Assembly: GCA_043228905.1 (NCBI GenBank)
Contig: JBHGNT010000017.1
Location: 6,200,001 to 6,264,000, forward strand
Direction of reading: 5' to 3'
Length of the DNA: 64,000 nt
Origin: Azolla caroliniana
Lineage: Eukaryota > Plantae > Polypodiophyta
Shown here one piece after another: positions 31,076-42,200 of this stretch (the first letter of the stretch is position 1; each line of letters opens with the position of its first letter). The translations under genes and the position numbers were made by a program. The notes beneath the pieces were generated by a model, which saw only the letters and a list, made by a program, of their open reading frames with translations, was not told the DNA's origin and did no database searches.

Positions 31076-34000
31076 TGTTGGGATTATGGTCCCTTCGGAT
31101 GGGATGGTCGGATGTTGGAGATGAATGACGACAAGCCCGGTTGCGGTTTCGGAACCGGATGATGAAGATCCCGGTTACGGAGCCGGATGACGAATGTACC
31201 CGGAGAGAGATCCGGATGCGGGGACATATTTGTGAATATGTTTGCCAAGGGCCCTTGAGGCTATAGTTGTAAATAGCCCGAAAGTCATATGTGTATAAAT
31301 ATGACTTAGGGCAAACAGTTTTGCTGTTGCTACTCATTTTTCTGTTTTTCCACTTAAGAGGAGTGAAGAGAGAGCAGCCGTGAGAGAGATAGAGCGTGAG
31401 AGAGGAAGAGGTCGACGCCTCTGTGTATTTCCGCCGCCTGTGGCGAGGACAGCGAGCTCAAGGTCGTCGCCTTGCAGCTCGCCATTGTATACTTCTCTGT
31501 GCATAGTTTTGGTTCGGAGTCTTGTACTCCCGTGGTTTTTCCCGTACAGGGTTTTCCACGTTAAATCGTGTGTCCACCTATTTACTTCTGCATTTCCCAT
31601 TTTCTGCAACAATGATTCGTGTGTTTCCTTGGTTGTGGCCGAGAGGTGAAGTTTGGAAAGTGTCGATTAATTCTCATCAATTTGGTATCAGAGCGAGTTG
31701 CTGCAGAAAATGGAAGGCGGCGGCAGCGGGCAGCCGGGGATGATGGTGCTGAATGCGCAGAATTACGCCGACTGGAAGATCAAGATGGAGGATCTTCTGA
31801 TTGTTCGGGACCTGTACCAACCGATTGACAGGTCGGAAATACCGAAGGGAGTACTTGAGTCGGAATGGAGGCTTCTGAACCGGAAAGCCGTTGCAACCAT
31901 TCGGCAATACGTAGACGTGAGCGTTCTACAACATGTGGCGAACGACACCAACGCATATGAGATGTGGCGGAAGCTGTCGGGCCTCTATGAGAGGAAGAAT
32001 GCGTTGAACCGGACCTCCCTGATGAGGAAGATAGTGAACCTCAAGTACCGGGACGGCGAGAGTATGGTGGAACACGTAAGCACGTTCATGGGATTCGTGA
32101 ACCAGCTTGCGGCGATCAAGTTCCCGTTGGAGGATGCAATGCAAGCCATCATTCTGATGTGTACATTGCCGGAAAGCTGGGAGAACTTGGTGGTGACTCT
32201 CAGCACCTCCTGCACCGAAGATAACTTGTCCCTACAAACGGTAAAGACAAGTATTTTGAACGAAGAAGCGCGTCGGAGAGATAAAGAACCGGCCTCCGAC
32301 TCGAAGGCGCTGCTTACCGAATCGGAACGGGGAAGACAATGGAACCGGAGTCCGCAAAGACGGGAGAAGTCGGGGACCTGGTCGCAGTCAAGAGGAAGAC
32401 CCACATGCTTCCACTGTGGGAAGCCGGGGCACTTCCGAAAGAATTGTCGGCATTACCGAAAAGACAACGGAGCCGACGACACCGATTCGAAGAAATCTTC
32501 GGAACGGAACGGTGCTTACCGGGGAGCCACGGATCGGAATGGTTCGGATCGGCGAGGGCAGGACCGGAAAGGAACGACGGCACTCGCGGCAAGTGAAGAG
32601 GAGATCATGCTCATCACCGAAGAAGGTGAACTAAACATTGCCGGCGATGAGACTACCTGGGTGGTCGATTCCGGAGCGTCGTTCCACCTGACCCCGGAAA
32701 GAAGATACTTCTCATCCTACACAGCCGGTGAGCATGGCTGTGTTCGGATGGGAAATGAAGGTACGTGCCGGATTGCCGGCATAGGAGACGTGTGGTTGAC
32801 AACCCCGACCGGATGCAAAATGCTGCTGAAGGATGTCCGACACGTTCCGGAGGTTCGATTGAACCTAATTTCGGCCGGGAGGCTAGACGATGAAGGCTAC
32901 ACAGGTAGCATCCGGAACGGCGTAATGAAGTTCAGCAAGGGGAGCCTGATAGTGGCTCGGGCCCGGAAAGTCAACACACTGTACCTTATGAATGCCTGGT
33001 TGTGTCCGGAAGAGTTGAACGTGGCAGCCGACACTGCCGGTGAGCTGTGGCACAAGAGACTGTGCCACATGAGTGAGAAGGGGATGAAGAGGCTTGCAGA
33101 AGACAACCTTATTCCAGTGAAGCATGTGCACCTGGAGAAGTGCACCGATTGCCTGGCCGGTAAGCAGAACCGAACCTCCTTCCATTCAAGGCCACCGACG
33201 AGACGTAGCGCACCATTGGAGTTGGTGCACACTGATGTGTGTCAGGTAGAAATGAAGTCACATGGTGGAGCCCAGTACTTCGTAACATTCATTGATGATC
33301 ACAGCCGGAAGCTGTGGACGGCACCGTTGAAGACAAAGGACCAAGTGTTGTGCGTCTTCAAAGAACTCCACGCGAGAGTGGAAAGGGAATCCGGCAAGAA
33401 GCTGAAAGCGATACGAGCGGATAACGGAGGGGAATACCGGGGGCAGTTCGCGGAGTACTGTCGCTCGAAGGGAATCCGGCTCGAGTTTACTGTGCCGAAG
33501 ACGCCGGACATGAACGGGCTGGCCGAGAGGATGAACCGGACCATAATGGAGAGGGTCCGGAGTATGCTGGCGCATGCGAAATTACCCAAGGGGTTTTGGG
33601 CTGAGGCAATGTCGACGGCGACATACGTGATAAACAGATCACCCTCAGTACCTTTGGACGGAGACACGCCGCAGAGAGTGTGGACCGGCAGGGAAGTATC
33701 CTACCGGCATCTGAAGGTGTTCGGGTGTCTCGCATATGTGCATGTGGCTAAGGACCGGAGAGGAAAGCTAGATCCAAAGACCCGGCCATGCATATTCCTC
33801 GGTTACGGCGATGACGAGTTCGGCTACCGAGTATGGGACCCGGTCGACAAGAAGATATTCCGGAGTCGTGATATCATCTTCATGGAGAACAAGACACTCG
33901 CCGACTGGGAGTCGGAGAAGAAGATGAAGAGCTCCAAGTCGACCGGTGAGGATCAACTCTACGAGGAGCAGTCCCGACCGGCAAGGGACCGGTTAGCACT

Positions 34001-36397
34001 CGAGGATCCGGCCGAAGACGGTGAAGAAACAGAACCGGCCGAAGAAGATGAAAATGATACCGGAACCGGCCCCGATCCCGAAATGAATTCGGATGAAGAA
34101 GAATCGGAAGAACCGGTTACCGAAGCTCCGGAACGGAGATATCCTCTAAGAGAGAGAAGGGCCCCCCGGAGATTTCCGGAACCAGAGCACGTGCTGCTAA
34201 CCGACGAGGGGGAGCCGGAGAGCTTTGAAGAAGCAAAGCATGACACCCAGAGCCGCAGGTGGTTGAGTGCCATGCAGGAGGAGATGGATTCCCTGCATGA
34301 GAACCACACATATGAACTTGTGGAGTTGCCGAAAGGAAAGCGGGCACTTCGAAACAAGTGGGTGTTCAAGCTGAAACCGGGAGATGCCGGAAACCCCCCG
34401 AGATACAAAGCCAAGATCGTGGTGAAGGGGTTTCAGCAGAAGAAGGGCGTCGACTTCGACGAGATATTTGCCCCGGTAGTGAAGATGACCTCCATCCGGA
34501 CGGTGCTGAGCATAGCGGCAAGCATGGACCTCGAGGTAGAACAGATGGACGTGAAGACGGCATTCCTTCACGGCGACCTCGAAGAAGAGATCTACATGCA
34601 GCAACCGGAAGGATTCGAAAAGAAAGGGAAGGAGCACCTGGTATGCCGGTTGAAGAAGAGCCTTTACGGACTGAAGCAGGCTCCCCGGCAATGGTACCGG
34701 AAGTTCGACTCTTTCATGACCGACGAAGGGTACCTCAAAACGCAGTCCGACCACTGCGTGTTTGTGAAGAAGTTCGAAGGAGGAGACTTTCTAATACTCC
34801 TCCTGTACGTGGATGACATGTTGATCGTCGGACGGGACCAGGTCAAGATACGGATGCTGAAGAAGGCTCTTCACCGAACCTTCTCAATGAAGGACTTGGG
34901 TCCGGCGAGACAAATACTAGGGATGCACATCATCCGGGACCGGAGCAAGAAGCAGTTGTGGCTGTCACAGGAGAAGTACGTGACAAAGGTGCTTAAACGG
35001 TTCAACATGTCGGAAGCAAGACCGGTCGGATCGACCCTTCCGGCAAACTGCAAGCTGTCCAGCAAGCAAAGCCCCAAGACAAAGGCTGAGAAGGAGGACA
35101 TGATGAAAGTGCCATATGCCTCTGCCGTCGGAAGCTTGATGTACGCAATGGTGTGTACAAGACCGGACATTGGATACGCAGTCGGAGTGGTGAGCCGGTA
35201 CATGAGCAATCCCGGCAAAGAGCATTGGAACGCGGCCAAGTGGATACTCCGATACCTGAAGGGCACGACAAACGTGTGCCTCCGATTCGGCTCTGGTAAG
35301 CCCGAACTCGACGGCTTTACCGATTCGGATATGTCGGCTGATGCAGATACCAGCCGGTCCACATCAGGGTATGTGATGACGTATGCAGGGGGAGCTGTTT
35401 CATGGCAGTCGAGGCTGCAGAAGGCGGTTGCGTTGTCAACCACGGAGGCGGAGTACATGGCGGCTGTTGAAGCCGGCAAGGAAATAATATGGATGAAGGA
35501 CTTCATTAGAGAGCTCGGTATCCGGCAGGAGGAGCACCGACTCTACTGCGACAGTAAGAGTGCAATCCACCTTGCGAAGAACGCGGCCTATCACTCCCGG
35601 ACGAAGCACATCCAGCGAAGATATCACTGGATCCGGGAAAGGATAGAAGACAAGGAGTTCGTGCTGACGAAGGTCCACACGGACAAGAACGGGTCGGATA
35701 TGCTGACCAAGGTGCTCACACCCGACAAGCTGGAAGCATGCCGGAAGAGGATCGGATTGGAGAGACATCCCATGCCGAAGTGAAGGGGGAGTTTGTTGGG
35801 ATTACGGTCCCTTCGGATGGGATGGTCGGATGTCGGAGATGAATGACGACAAGCCCGGTTGCGGTTTCGGAACCGGATGATGAAGATCCCGGTTACGGAG
35901 CCGGATGACGAATGTACCCGGAGAGAGATCCGGATGCGGGGACATATTTGTGAATATGTTTGCCAAGGGCCCTTGAGGCTATAGTTGTAAATAGCCCGAA
36001 AGTCATATGTGTATAAATATGACTTAGGGCAAACAGTTTTGCTGTTGCTACTCATTTTTCTGTTTTTCCACTTAAGAGGAGTGAAGAGAGTGCAGCCGTG
36101 AGAGAGATAGAGCGTGAGAGAGGAAGAGGTCGACGCCTCTGTGTATTTCCGCCGCCTGTGGCGAGGACAGCGAGCTCAAGGTCGTCGCCTTGCAGCTCGC
36201 CATTGTATACTTCTCTGTGCATAGTTTTGGTTCGGAGTCTTGTACTCCCGTGGTTTTTCCCGTACAGGGTTTTCCACGTTAAATCGTGTGTCCACCTATT
36301 TACTTCTGCATTTCCCATTTTCTGCAACAACGATTCGTGTGTTTCCTTGGTTGTGGCCGAGAGGTGAAGTTTGGAAAGTGTCGATTAATTCTCATCA
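31076..36397 (+). mobile_element. Young, intact Ty1/Copia D (Tork/Tnt1-like); LTRs 31076-31679 and 35794-36397
   Basis: 604-bp LTRs with 4 differences by eye; TSD ACAAC (31071-31075 / 36398-36402); PBS TGGTATCAGAGC at 31683; PPT gaagggggag before 35794; uninterrupted polyprotein. Confidence 0.97.
31710..35783 (+). CDS. Gag-Pol polyprotein of Copia D (gag-PR-INT-RT-RH), ~1357 aa from ATG 31710
   Basis: Zinc knuckle CFHCGKPGHFRKNC; PR WVVDSGASFH; INT LWHKRLCH..CTDC, VHTDVC, RADNGGEY, NGLAERMN; RT LYVDDM; RH ALSTTEAEY..HSRTKHI. No stops. Confidence 0.97.
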   Translation: MEGGGSGQPGMMVLNAQNYADWKIKMEDLLIVRDLYQPIDRSEIPKGVLESEWRLLNRKAVATIRQYVDVSVLQHVANDTNAYEMWRKLSGLYERKNALNRTSLMRKIVNLKYRDGESMVEHVSTFMGFVNQLAAIKFPLEDAMQAIILMCTLPESWENLVVTLSTSCTEDNLSLQTVKTSILNEEARRRDKEPASDSKALLTESERGRQWNRSPQRREKSGTWSQSRGRPTCFHCGKPGHFRKNCRHYRKDNGADDTDSKKSSERNGAYRGATDRNGSDRRGQDRKGTTALAASEEEIMLITEEGELNIAGDETTWVVDSGASFHLTPERRYFSSYTAGEHGCVRMGNEGTCRIAGIGDVWLTTPTGCKMLLKDVRHVPEVRLNLISAGRLDDEGYTGSIRNGVMKFSKGSLIVARARKVNTLYLMNAWLCPEELNVAADTAGELWHKRLCHMSEKGMKRLAEDNLIPVKHVHLEKCTDCLAGKQNRTSFHSRPPTRRSAPLELVHTDVCQVEMKSHGGAQYFVTFIDDHSRKLWTAPLKTKDQVLCVFKELHARVERESGKKLKAIRADNGGEYRGQFAEYCRSKGIRLEFTVPKTPDMNGLAERMNRTIMERVRSMLAHAKLPKGFWAEAMSTATYVINRSPSVPLDGDTPQRVWTGREVSYRHLKVFGCLAYVHVAKDRRGKLDPKTRPCIFLGYGDDEFGYRVWDPVDKKIFRSRDIIFMENKTLADWESEKKMKSSKSTGEDQLYEEQSRPARDRLALEDPAEDGEETEPAEEDENDTGTGPDPEMNSDEEESEEPVTEAPERRYPLRERRAPRRFPEPEHVLLTDEGEPESFEEAKHDTQSRRWLSAMQEEMDSLHENHTYELVELPKGKRALRNKWVFKLKPGDAGNPPRYKAKIVVKGFQQKKGVDFDEIFAPVVKMTSIRTVLSIAASMDLEVEQMDVKTAFLHGDLEEEIYMQQPEGFEKKGKEHLVCRLKKSLYGLKQAPRQWYRKFDSFMTDEGYLKTQSDHCVFVKKFEGGDFLILLLYVDDMLIVGRDQVKIRMLKKALHRTFSMKDLGPARQILGMHIIRDRSKKQLWLSQEKYVTKVLKRFNMSEARPVGSTLPANCKLSSKQSPKTKAEKEDMMKVPYASAVGSLMYAMVCTRPDIGYAVGVVSRYMSNPGKEHWNAAKWILRYLKGTTNVCLRFGSGKPELDGFTDSDMSADADTSRSTSGYVMTYAGGAVSWQSRLQKAVALSTTEAEYMAAVEAGKEIIWMKDFIRELGIRQEEHRLYCDSKSAIHLAKNAAYHSRTKHIQRRYHWIRERIEDKEFVLTKVHTDKNGSDMLTKVLTPDKLEACRKRIGLERHPMPK

Positions 36398-39289
36398 ACA
36401 ACAACCCGTGTCGAATGGGACGAGGCTGAGGAGCCCATCCCCGAGGATGTCACCATACGCCAGAAACCACCAAGGACATCAATGACCTCTCCACAATCGA
36501 GCCCACAGCCCACAAGCCAGCAGCCCTCGGCCATCCGACAACAAAAGAGGAAACAAGCCGAGGAGCCAACACCACCGGCCCTGGACGCACAGGATCAACC
36601 GCCAAAAAGACACCGCATCATTCGAGAGGCAACCACAAAAACCGAGGGCGACCATCATTAGAAATCAAAAGAGGACAACCCAACCTCCATGGACATGGTA
36701 CCAACGGAGTCATGGCTCCAAGTCGGTAGGATCGAGCATGGAAAAACCACACAGATATCAGAGGAGGAAGTCCTCGGTTATGGTAGCCCGTTTGGCTTGC
36801 TGATGCGCCATTTTGATAGGTCGGGCCATGTCCTTGGTTGCCCGAGTAGTGTGGTGCAGATTGCGATATGCCTCGACTAAGGCCATGTTCAGATCTAGTA
36901 GTTCCATGAGGAGCGAATCATTCTGTGTTTGCTTCTTCCATCCTATCTTCTGTAAGGCTCGATCCTCGTGAGGTTCGATTTCACCCATTAGAGCACGTTG
37001 AATCATCTTTGTTTCGGCGTGCTCCTTAGCCATACGAGCGGCGGCAGCTACTTGGGCGCGCTCGAGGAAATCCATTTAACTCATATGTTGTGCCCAGTCG
37101 AAGTAGTGCACTAAAATCGTATGCCTCCGAGGGGAGATCATGGCAAGCCGCCGAGAAGAAACTGACGACATTCAAGCAGCAACATCTCAGAAGAGCAAAG
37201 GGCAAAAATTTCCGATGCGTATCACCAGTTGCAAACCGAGCACATCGCCGCCAGAGAACAACATCGGGATGCTTGGCGATAGGACATGGATGAAACTGTA
37301 GCTCAGCTCACCACAGGCTATGAGCAGACAATTGCACTCATCACCGAAAAAGCAAAAGATAATCAAGCTACTTTAGCACTCCTCGTCCACAAAAGCCAAG
37401 CGGAAGCGAAGGCCGCAAGGGAGGCAATGGAAGTTCACCACGCTAGCATCGGCATGGACGATACTAAAATCAAGATCCTAATCAACAAGTATCGCCAACA
37501 ATTCACCACAAAGATCAAAGACACACTTGACCGTGTCTGGTAGGGGTGGTCAGCCCAAGCCGCAAACCTACACATACTACGCGCGGATGCCGAGAACTGA
37601 CAGAAGGAGGGCCGAGGGTTTTACTAGATGGATGACACCAGCATCTAGACCCTCCGAGAAGACTTAACTGAGGAATATCATACCTTAGCAGCTTCCCACA
37701 CCGCGGCCATCGAGCAACTTTTAGAAGAATTCAACGACGATCTTATGGTGTTTCGCTTAGAAGCCGAAGCTTATGAGGATGAACGACTAACCACCGAGAT
37801 TAATAGAGCTCCCACAACCAACAAGCAAGGACCCGAGCCACCCACCACGACAACTAGACCGGAGGAACCTGCCCCTACAAACCTCCACAACCCCACGCCC
37901 CCAAGGATATCCTCGTCATATTGGAAGAGGAATAAAACAACCCTATAAGCCCTCGTATGAACGGGCAATGTTTGTAAATTGTGTTGTTTTGCCAAATCCC
38001 TGGTTACTCCTCCACATTGTGAACCGTGGGTCCGACGGACAAAGTCCTGTCCCACGGGCATGCCAGGTGTTGTCCATAGGTCAGAAATATAAATATATTA
38101 TGTAAACTCGCCGTTAGGTAGAAGAGTAGGTGAGGAAATAGGTAAAGACTAAAAATAGCCGTCTTTTAGCCCTCACAATCAGCCGATGGCTCGGCTCTGT
38201 CTGAAGGGAAAACTATATAACCCGAGTTATGCATACCTCAAGGAGGGATTACCTAGATCATTCTGAACGAGAGTAATATCATAGCAGCAAGCTCTGTACG
38301 TACTGTTATCGGCTGAGGCCGAGTACTGTAATCACTGTGAGCTTTATCATTGAATATAAGTTTCGTTTTTCTAAACTTCTATTTGTGTATTCTCCCCGTA
38401 CTCGTAAATCGGGCTACGTTCATACTTAACGGGTTGTAGCCCGTGTACGCTCCTTGCTCTCCTCTCTTTTTCCCCGTGTAGAAGAGGCTCCCACATAACA
38501 CAATCCTTTGACACCGATAACCTGTGGGCTCATCAAAGGTGTTTTCCCAAAATCGGTTAACAGGAACTACATTGAAGGAGACCTAGAAGAGGCTCCAGTG
38601 ATCCTTGAGGAAAATGCAACTGCTGCACAGATTAAAGCATTTACGGAATGGAATCAAGGGGAAAGGAAAGTATTGAATTGGCTCTTACTTAGCATCTCGG
38701 ATTCGATGCTTGGACACATACAGGATGCTATGCTTCCAAAAGAAGCTTGAGATAGTTTGGTAAAACTATTTGCAATGAACACAAAGGATGGAAAGCTTAA
38801 GTTGAAGACTGAGCTAAATACCTTGGAAAAAGGTAAGATGTTAGTGAATGTGTATGCTTTAAAAATAAAGAGCATATGTGAATCACTTGCTTCTATTAAT
38901 GTGAAGGTAGAAGATGATGATAAGGTGGAAATATGCTTAAGAGGCTTAGGACCTCAATATAAAAGCTTCAAAACATCTATTCTCAAAAGGGATAGCATCC
39001 CAAGTTTTCCAGATCTGGTTTCAATGCTTGTACTGGAAGAAAAAGAAATCAGATGGATGATGTAAACAAAGGAAACTCTGAGACTGAGGGACAAACCCTC
39101 GACAATTGTGCTGGAAGAGGCCGAGGAAGAGGCCATGGAAGATTTGGTTTAGCTTGAACCAACAACAATTATCAAGGAAGAGGACAATAGGCTATAAGTG
39201 GAAGAAACAACATCAGAGGCAGGGGGGAGCAAACTTATTTGAATGATGATGGTTGTTGGTATTGTGGAAAACCAGGCCATACACAGGCT

Positions 39290-42200
39290 CTCAAGGTTGT
39301 TGCCTTGTAGCTTCACCATTGTACATCTCTGTTTGTAGTGATAGTTGGAGTTTGAGGACTCCCGTGGTTTTTCCCATTTAGGGTTTTCCACGTAAAACAT
39401 CCAGTGTACTCTTCTCTCTATTGTCTTCGTGCATTTTGTATTTCCTGTTTTCTGTGAGTTAATCCTATTCCTCGGTTGTGGCCGAGCACTGTGTACAACA
39501 AAGTGGTATCAGAGCGACGGCAGTGCAGAAAATGGAAGGCGGCAGCAGCGGGCAGCCGGGGATGATGGTGCTGAATGCGCAGAACTACGCCGACTGGAAG
39601 ATAAAGATGGAAGACCTTCTCATCGTCCGAGACCTGTACGAACCGATCGACAATGCCGAGATACCCAAGGGGGTACTTGAGACGGAATGGAGGCTTCTGA
39701 ACCGGAAAGCCGTTGCAACCATTCGGCAATACGTCGACGTGAGCGTTCTACAACATGTGGCGAACGACACCAACGCATATGAGATGTGGTGGAAGCTGTC
39801 GGGCCTCTACGAGAGGAAGAATGCGTTGAACCGGACCTCCCTGATGAGGAAGATAGTGAACCTCAAGTACCGGGACGGCGAGAGTATGGTGGAACACGTA
39901 AGCACGTTCATGGGATTCGTGAACCAGCTTGCGGCGATCAAGTTCCCGTTGGAGGATGCAATGCAAGCCATCATCCTGATGTGTACATTGCTGGAAAGCT
40001 GGGAGAACTTGGTGGTGACTCTCAGCACCTCCTGCACCGAAGATAACTTGTCCCTACAAACGGTAAAGACAAGTATTTTGAACGAAGAAGCGCGTCGGAG
40101 AGATAAAGAACCGGCCTCCGATCCGAAGATGCTGCTTACCGAATCGGATCGGGGAAGAAAACGGAACCGGAGTCCGCAAAGATGGGAGAAGTCGGGGACC
40201 CGGTCGCAGTCAAGAGGAAGGCCCACATGCTTCCACTGTGGGAAGCCGGGGCACTTCCGGAAGAATTGTCGGCATTACCGAAAAGACAACGGAGCCGACG
40301 ACACCGATTCGAAGAAGTCACCGGAGCGAAACGGTGCATAACGGGGAGCCACGGACCGGAGAGGTTCGGATCGGCGAGGGCAGGACCGGAAAGGAACGAC
40401 GGCACTCGCGGCAAGTGAAGAAGAGATAATGCTCATTACCGAAGAGAGGGAGCTGAACCTTGCCAGTGAAGAGATGACCTGGGTGGTCGATTCCGGAGCG
40501 TCGTTCCACCTGACCCCGGAGAAGAAATACTTCTCATCCTACACAGCCGGTGAGCACGGCTGTGTCCGGATGGGAAATGAAGGTACATGCCGGATTGCCG
40601 GCATAGGAGACGTGTGGCTGATGACATCAACCGGATGCAAGATGCTGCTCAAGGATGTTCGACACGTTCCGGAGGTTCGATTGAACCTGATTTCGGCCGG
40701 GAGGCTAGACGATGAAGGCTACACGGGTAGCATCCGGAACGGTGTCATGAAGTTCAGCAAAGGGAGCCTGATAGTGGCTCGAGCCCGGAAGGTCAACACA
40801 CTGTACCTGATGAATTCCCGGCTATGTCCGGAGGAGCTGAACGTGGCAGCTGACACTGCCGGTGAGCTGTGGCACAAGAGACTGTGCCACATGAGCGAGA
40901 AGGGGATGAAGAGGCTTGCAGAAGACAACCTTATTCCAGTGAAGCATGTGCATCTAGAGAAGTGCACCGATTGCCTGGCCGGTAAGCAGAACCGAGCCGC
41001 CTTCCACTCAAGGCCACCGACGAGACGTAGCGCACCATTGGAGTTGGTGCACACTGACGTGTGTCAAGTAGAAACGAAGTCACATGGCGGAGCCCAGTAC
41101 TTCGTGACATTCATTGATGACCACAGCCGGAAGCTGTGGACGACACCGTTGAAGACAAAGGACCAAGTGTTGTGCGTCTTCAAAGAACTCCACGCGAGAG
41201 TGGAAAGGGAATCCGGCAAGAAGCTGAAAGCGATACGAGCGGATAACGGAGGGGAATACCGGGGGCAGTTCGCAGAGTACTGTCGCTCGAAGGGAATCCG
41301 GTTGTCGCTCGCGGAGTACTATCGCTCGATGAAACTGATACCGGAACCGGCCCCGATCCCGAAATGGATTCGGATGAAGAGGAAACGGAGGAGCCGGTTA
41401 CCGAAGCTCCGGAACGGAGATATCCTCTAAGAGAGAGAAGGGCCCCCCGGAGATTTCCGGAACCAGAGCACGTGCTGCTAACCGACGAGGGGGAGCCGGA
41501 GAGCTTTGAAGAAGCAAAGCATGACACCCAGAGCCGCAGGTGGTTGAGTGCCATGCAGGAGGAGATGGATTCCCTGCATGAGAACCACACATATGAACTT
41601 GTGGAGTTGCCGAAAGGAAAGCGGGCACTTCGAAACAAGTGGGTGTTCAAGCTGAAACCGGGAGATGCCGGAAACCCCCCAAGATACAAAGCCAAGATCG
41701 TGGTGAAGGGGTTTCAGCAGAAGAAGGGCGTCGACTTCGACGAGATATTTGCCCCGGTAGTGAAGATGACCTCCATCCGGACGGTGCTGAGCATAGCGGC
41801 AAGCATGGACCTCGAGGTAGAACAGATGGACGTGAAGACGGCATTCCTTCACGGCGACCTCGAAGAAGAGATCTACATGCAGCAACCGGAAGGATTCGAG
41901 AAGAAAGGGAAGGAGCACCTGGTATGCCGGTCGAAGAAGAGCCTTTACGGACTGAAGCAGGCTCCCCGGCAATGGTACCGGAAGTTCGACTCTTTCATGA
42001 CCGACGAAGGGTACCACAAAACGCAGTCCGATCACTGCGTGTTTGTGAAGAAGTTCGAAGGAGGAGACTTTCTAATACTCCTCCTGTACGTGGACGACAT
42101 GTTGATCGTCGGACGGAACCAGGTCAAGATACGGATGCTGAAGAAAGCGCTTCAACGAACCTTCTCAATGAAGGACCTGGGTCCGGCGAGGCAAATACTA

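Larger units (their letters stand above)
30375..37948 (+). pseudogene. Extra ORF of Gypsy C downstream of integrase, split by Copia D (31076-36397) and partly inverted (36761-37127)
   Basis: ORF 30444-31075 continues in frame after the TSD at 36403. Helical segments lie at 36758-37075 (-) and 37140-37800 (+). Confidence 0.7.
23894..38562 (+). mobile_element. Non-chromoviral Ty3/Gypsy C (Athila/Tat superclade-like) with an extra 3' ORF; LTRs 23894-24388 and 38068-38562
   Basis: 495-bp LTRs TGTTGT...TTAACA; TSD GGGAC/GGAAC inside Copia B gag; PBS TGGCACGCCCAG at 24394; gag zinc knuckle CFKCNQPGHYATQC; PR IIDDGFGVNV; RT FLDGFSGYNQI, FLDDF; RH; INT WGLDFVGPF, SDQGGHF, YYPQANGLAE. No archaeal-type extra RNase H seen. 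Confidence 0.92.

Noticed and set aside
36758-37075. Minus-strand 105-aa ORF as an independent antisense gene
   Set aside because: Better explained as an inverted piece of the sense extra ORF, since both junctions read through after re-inversion.
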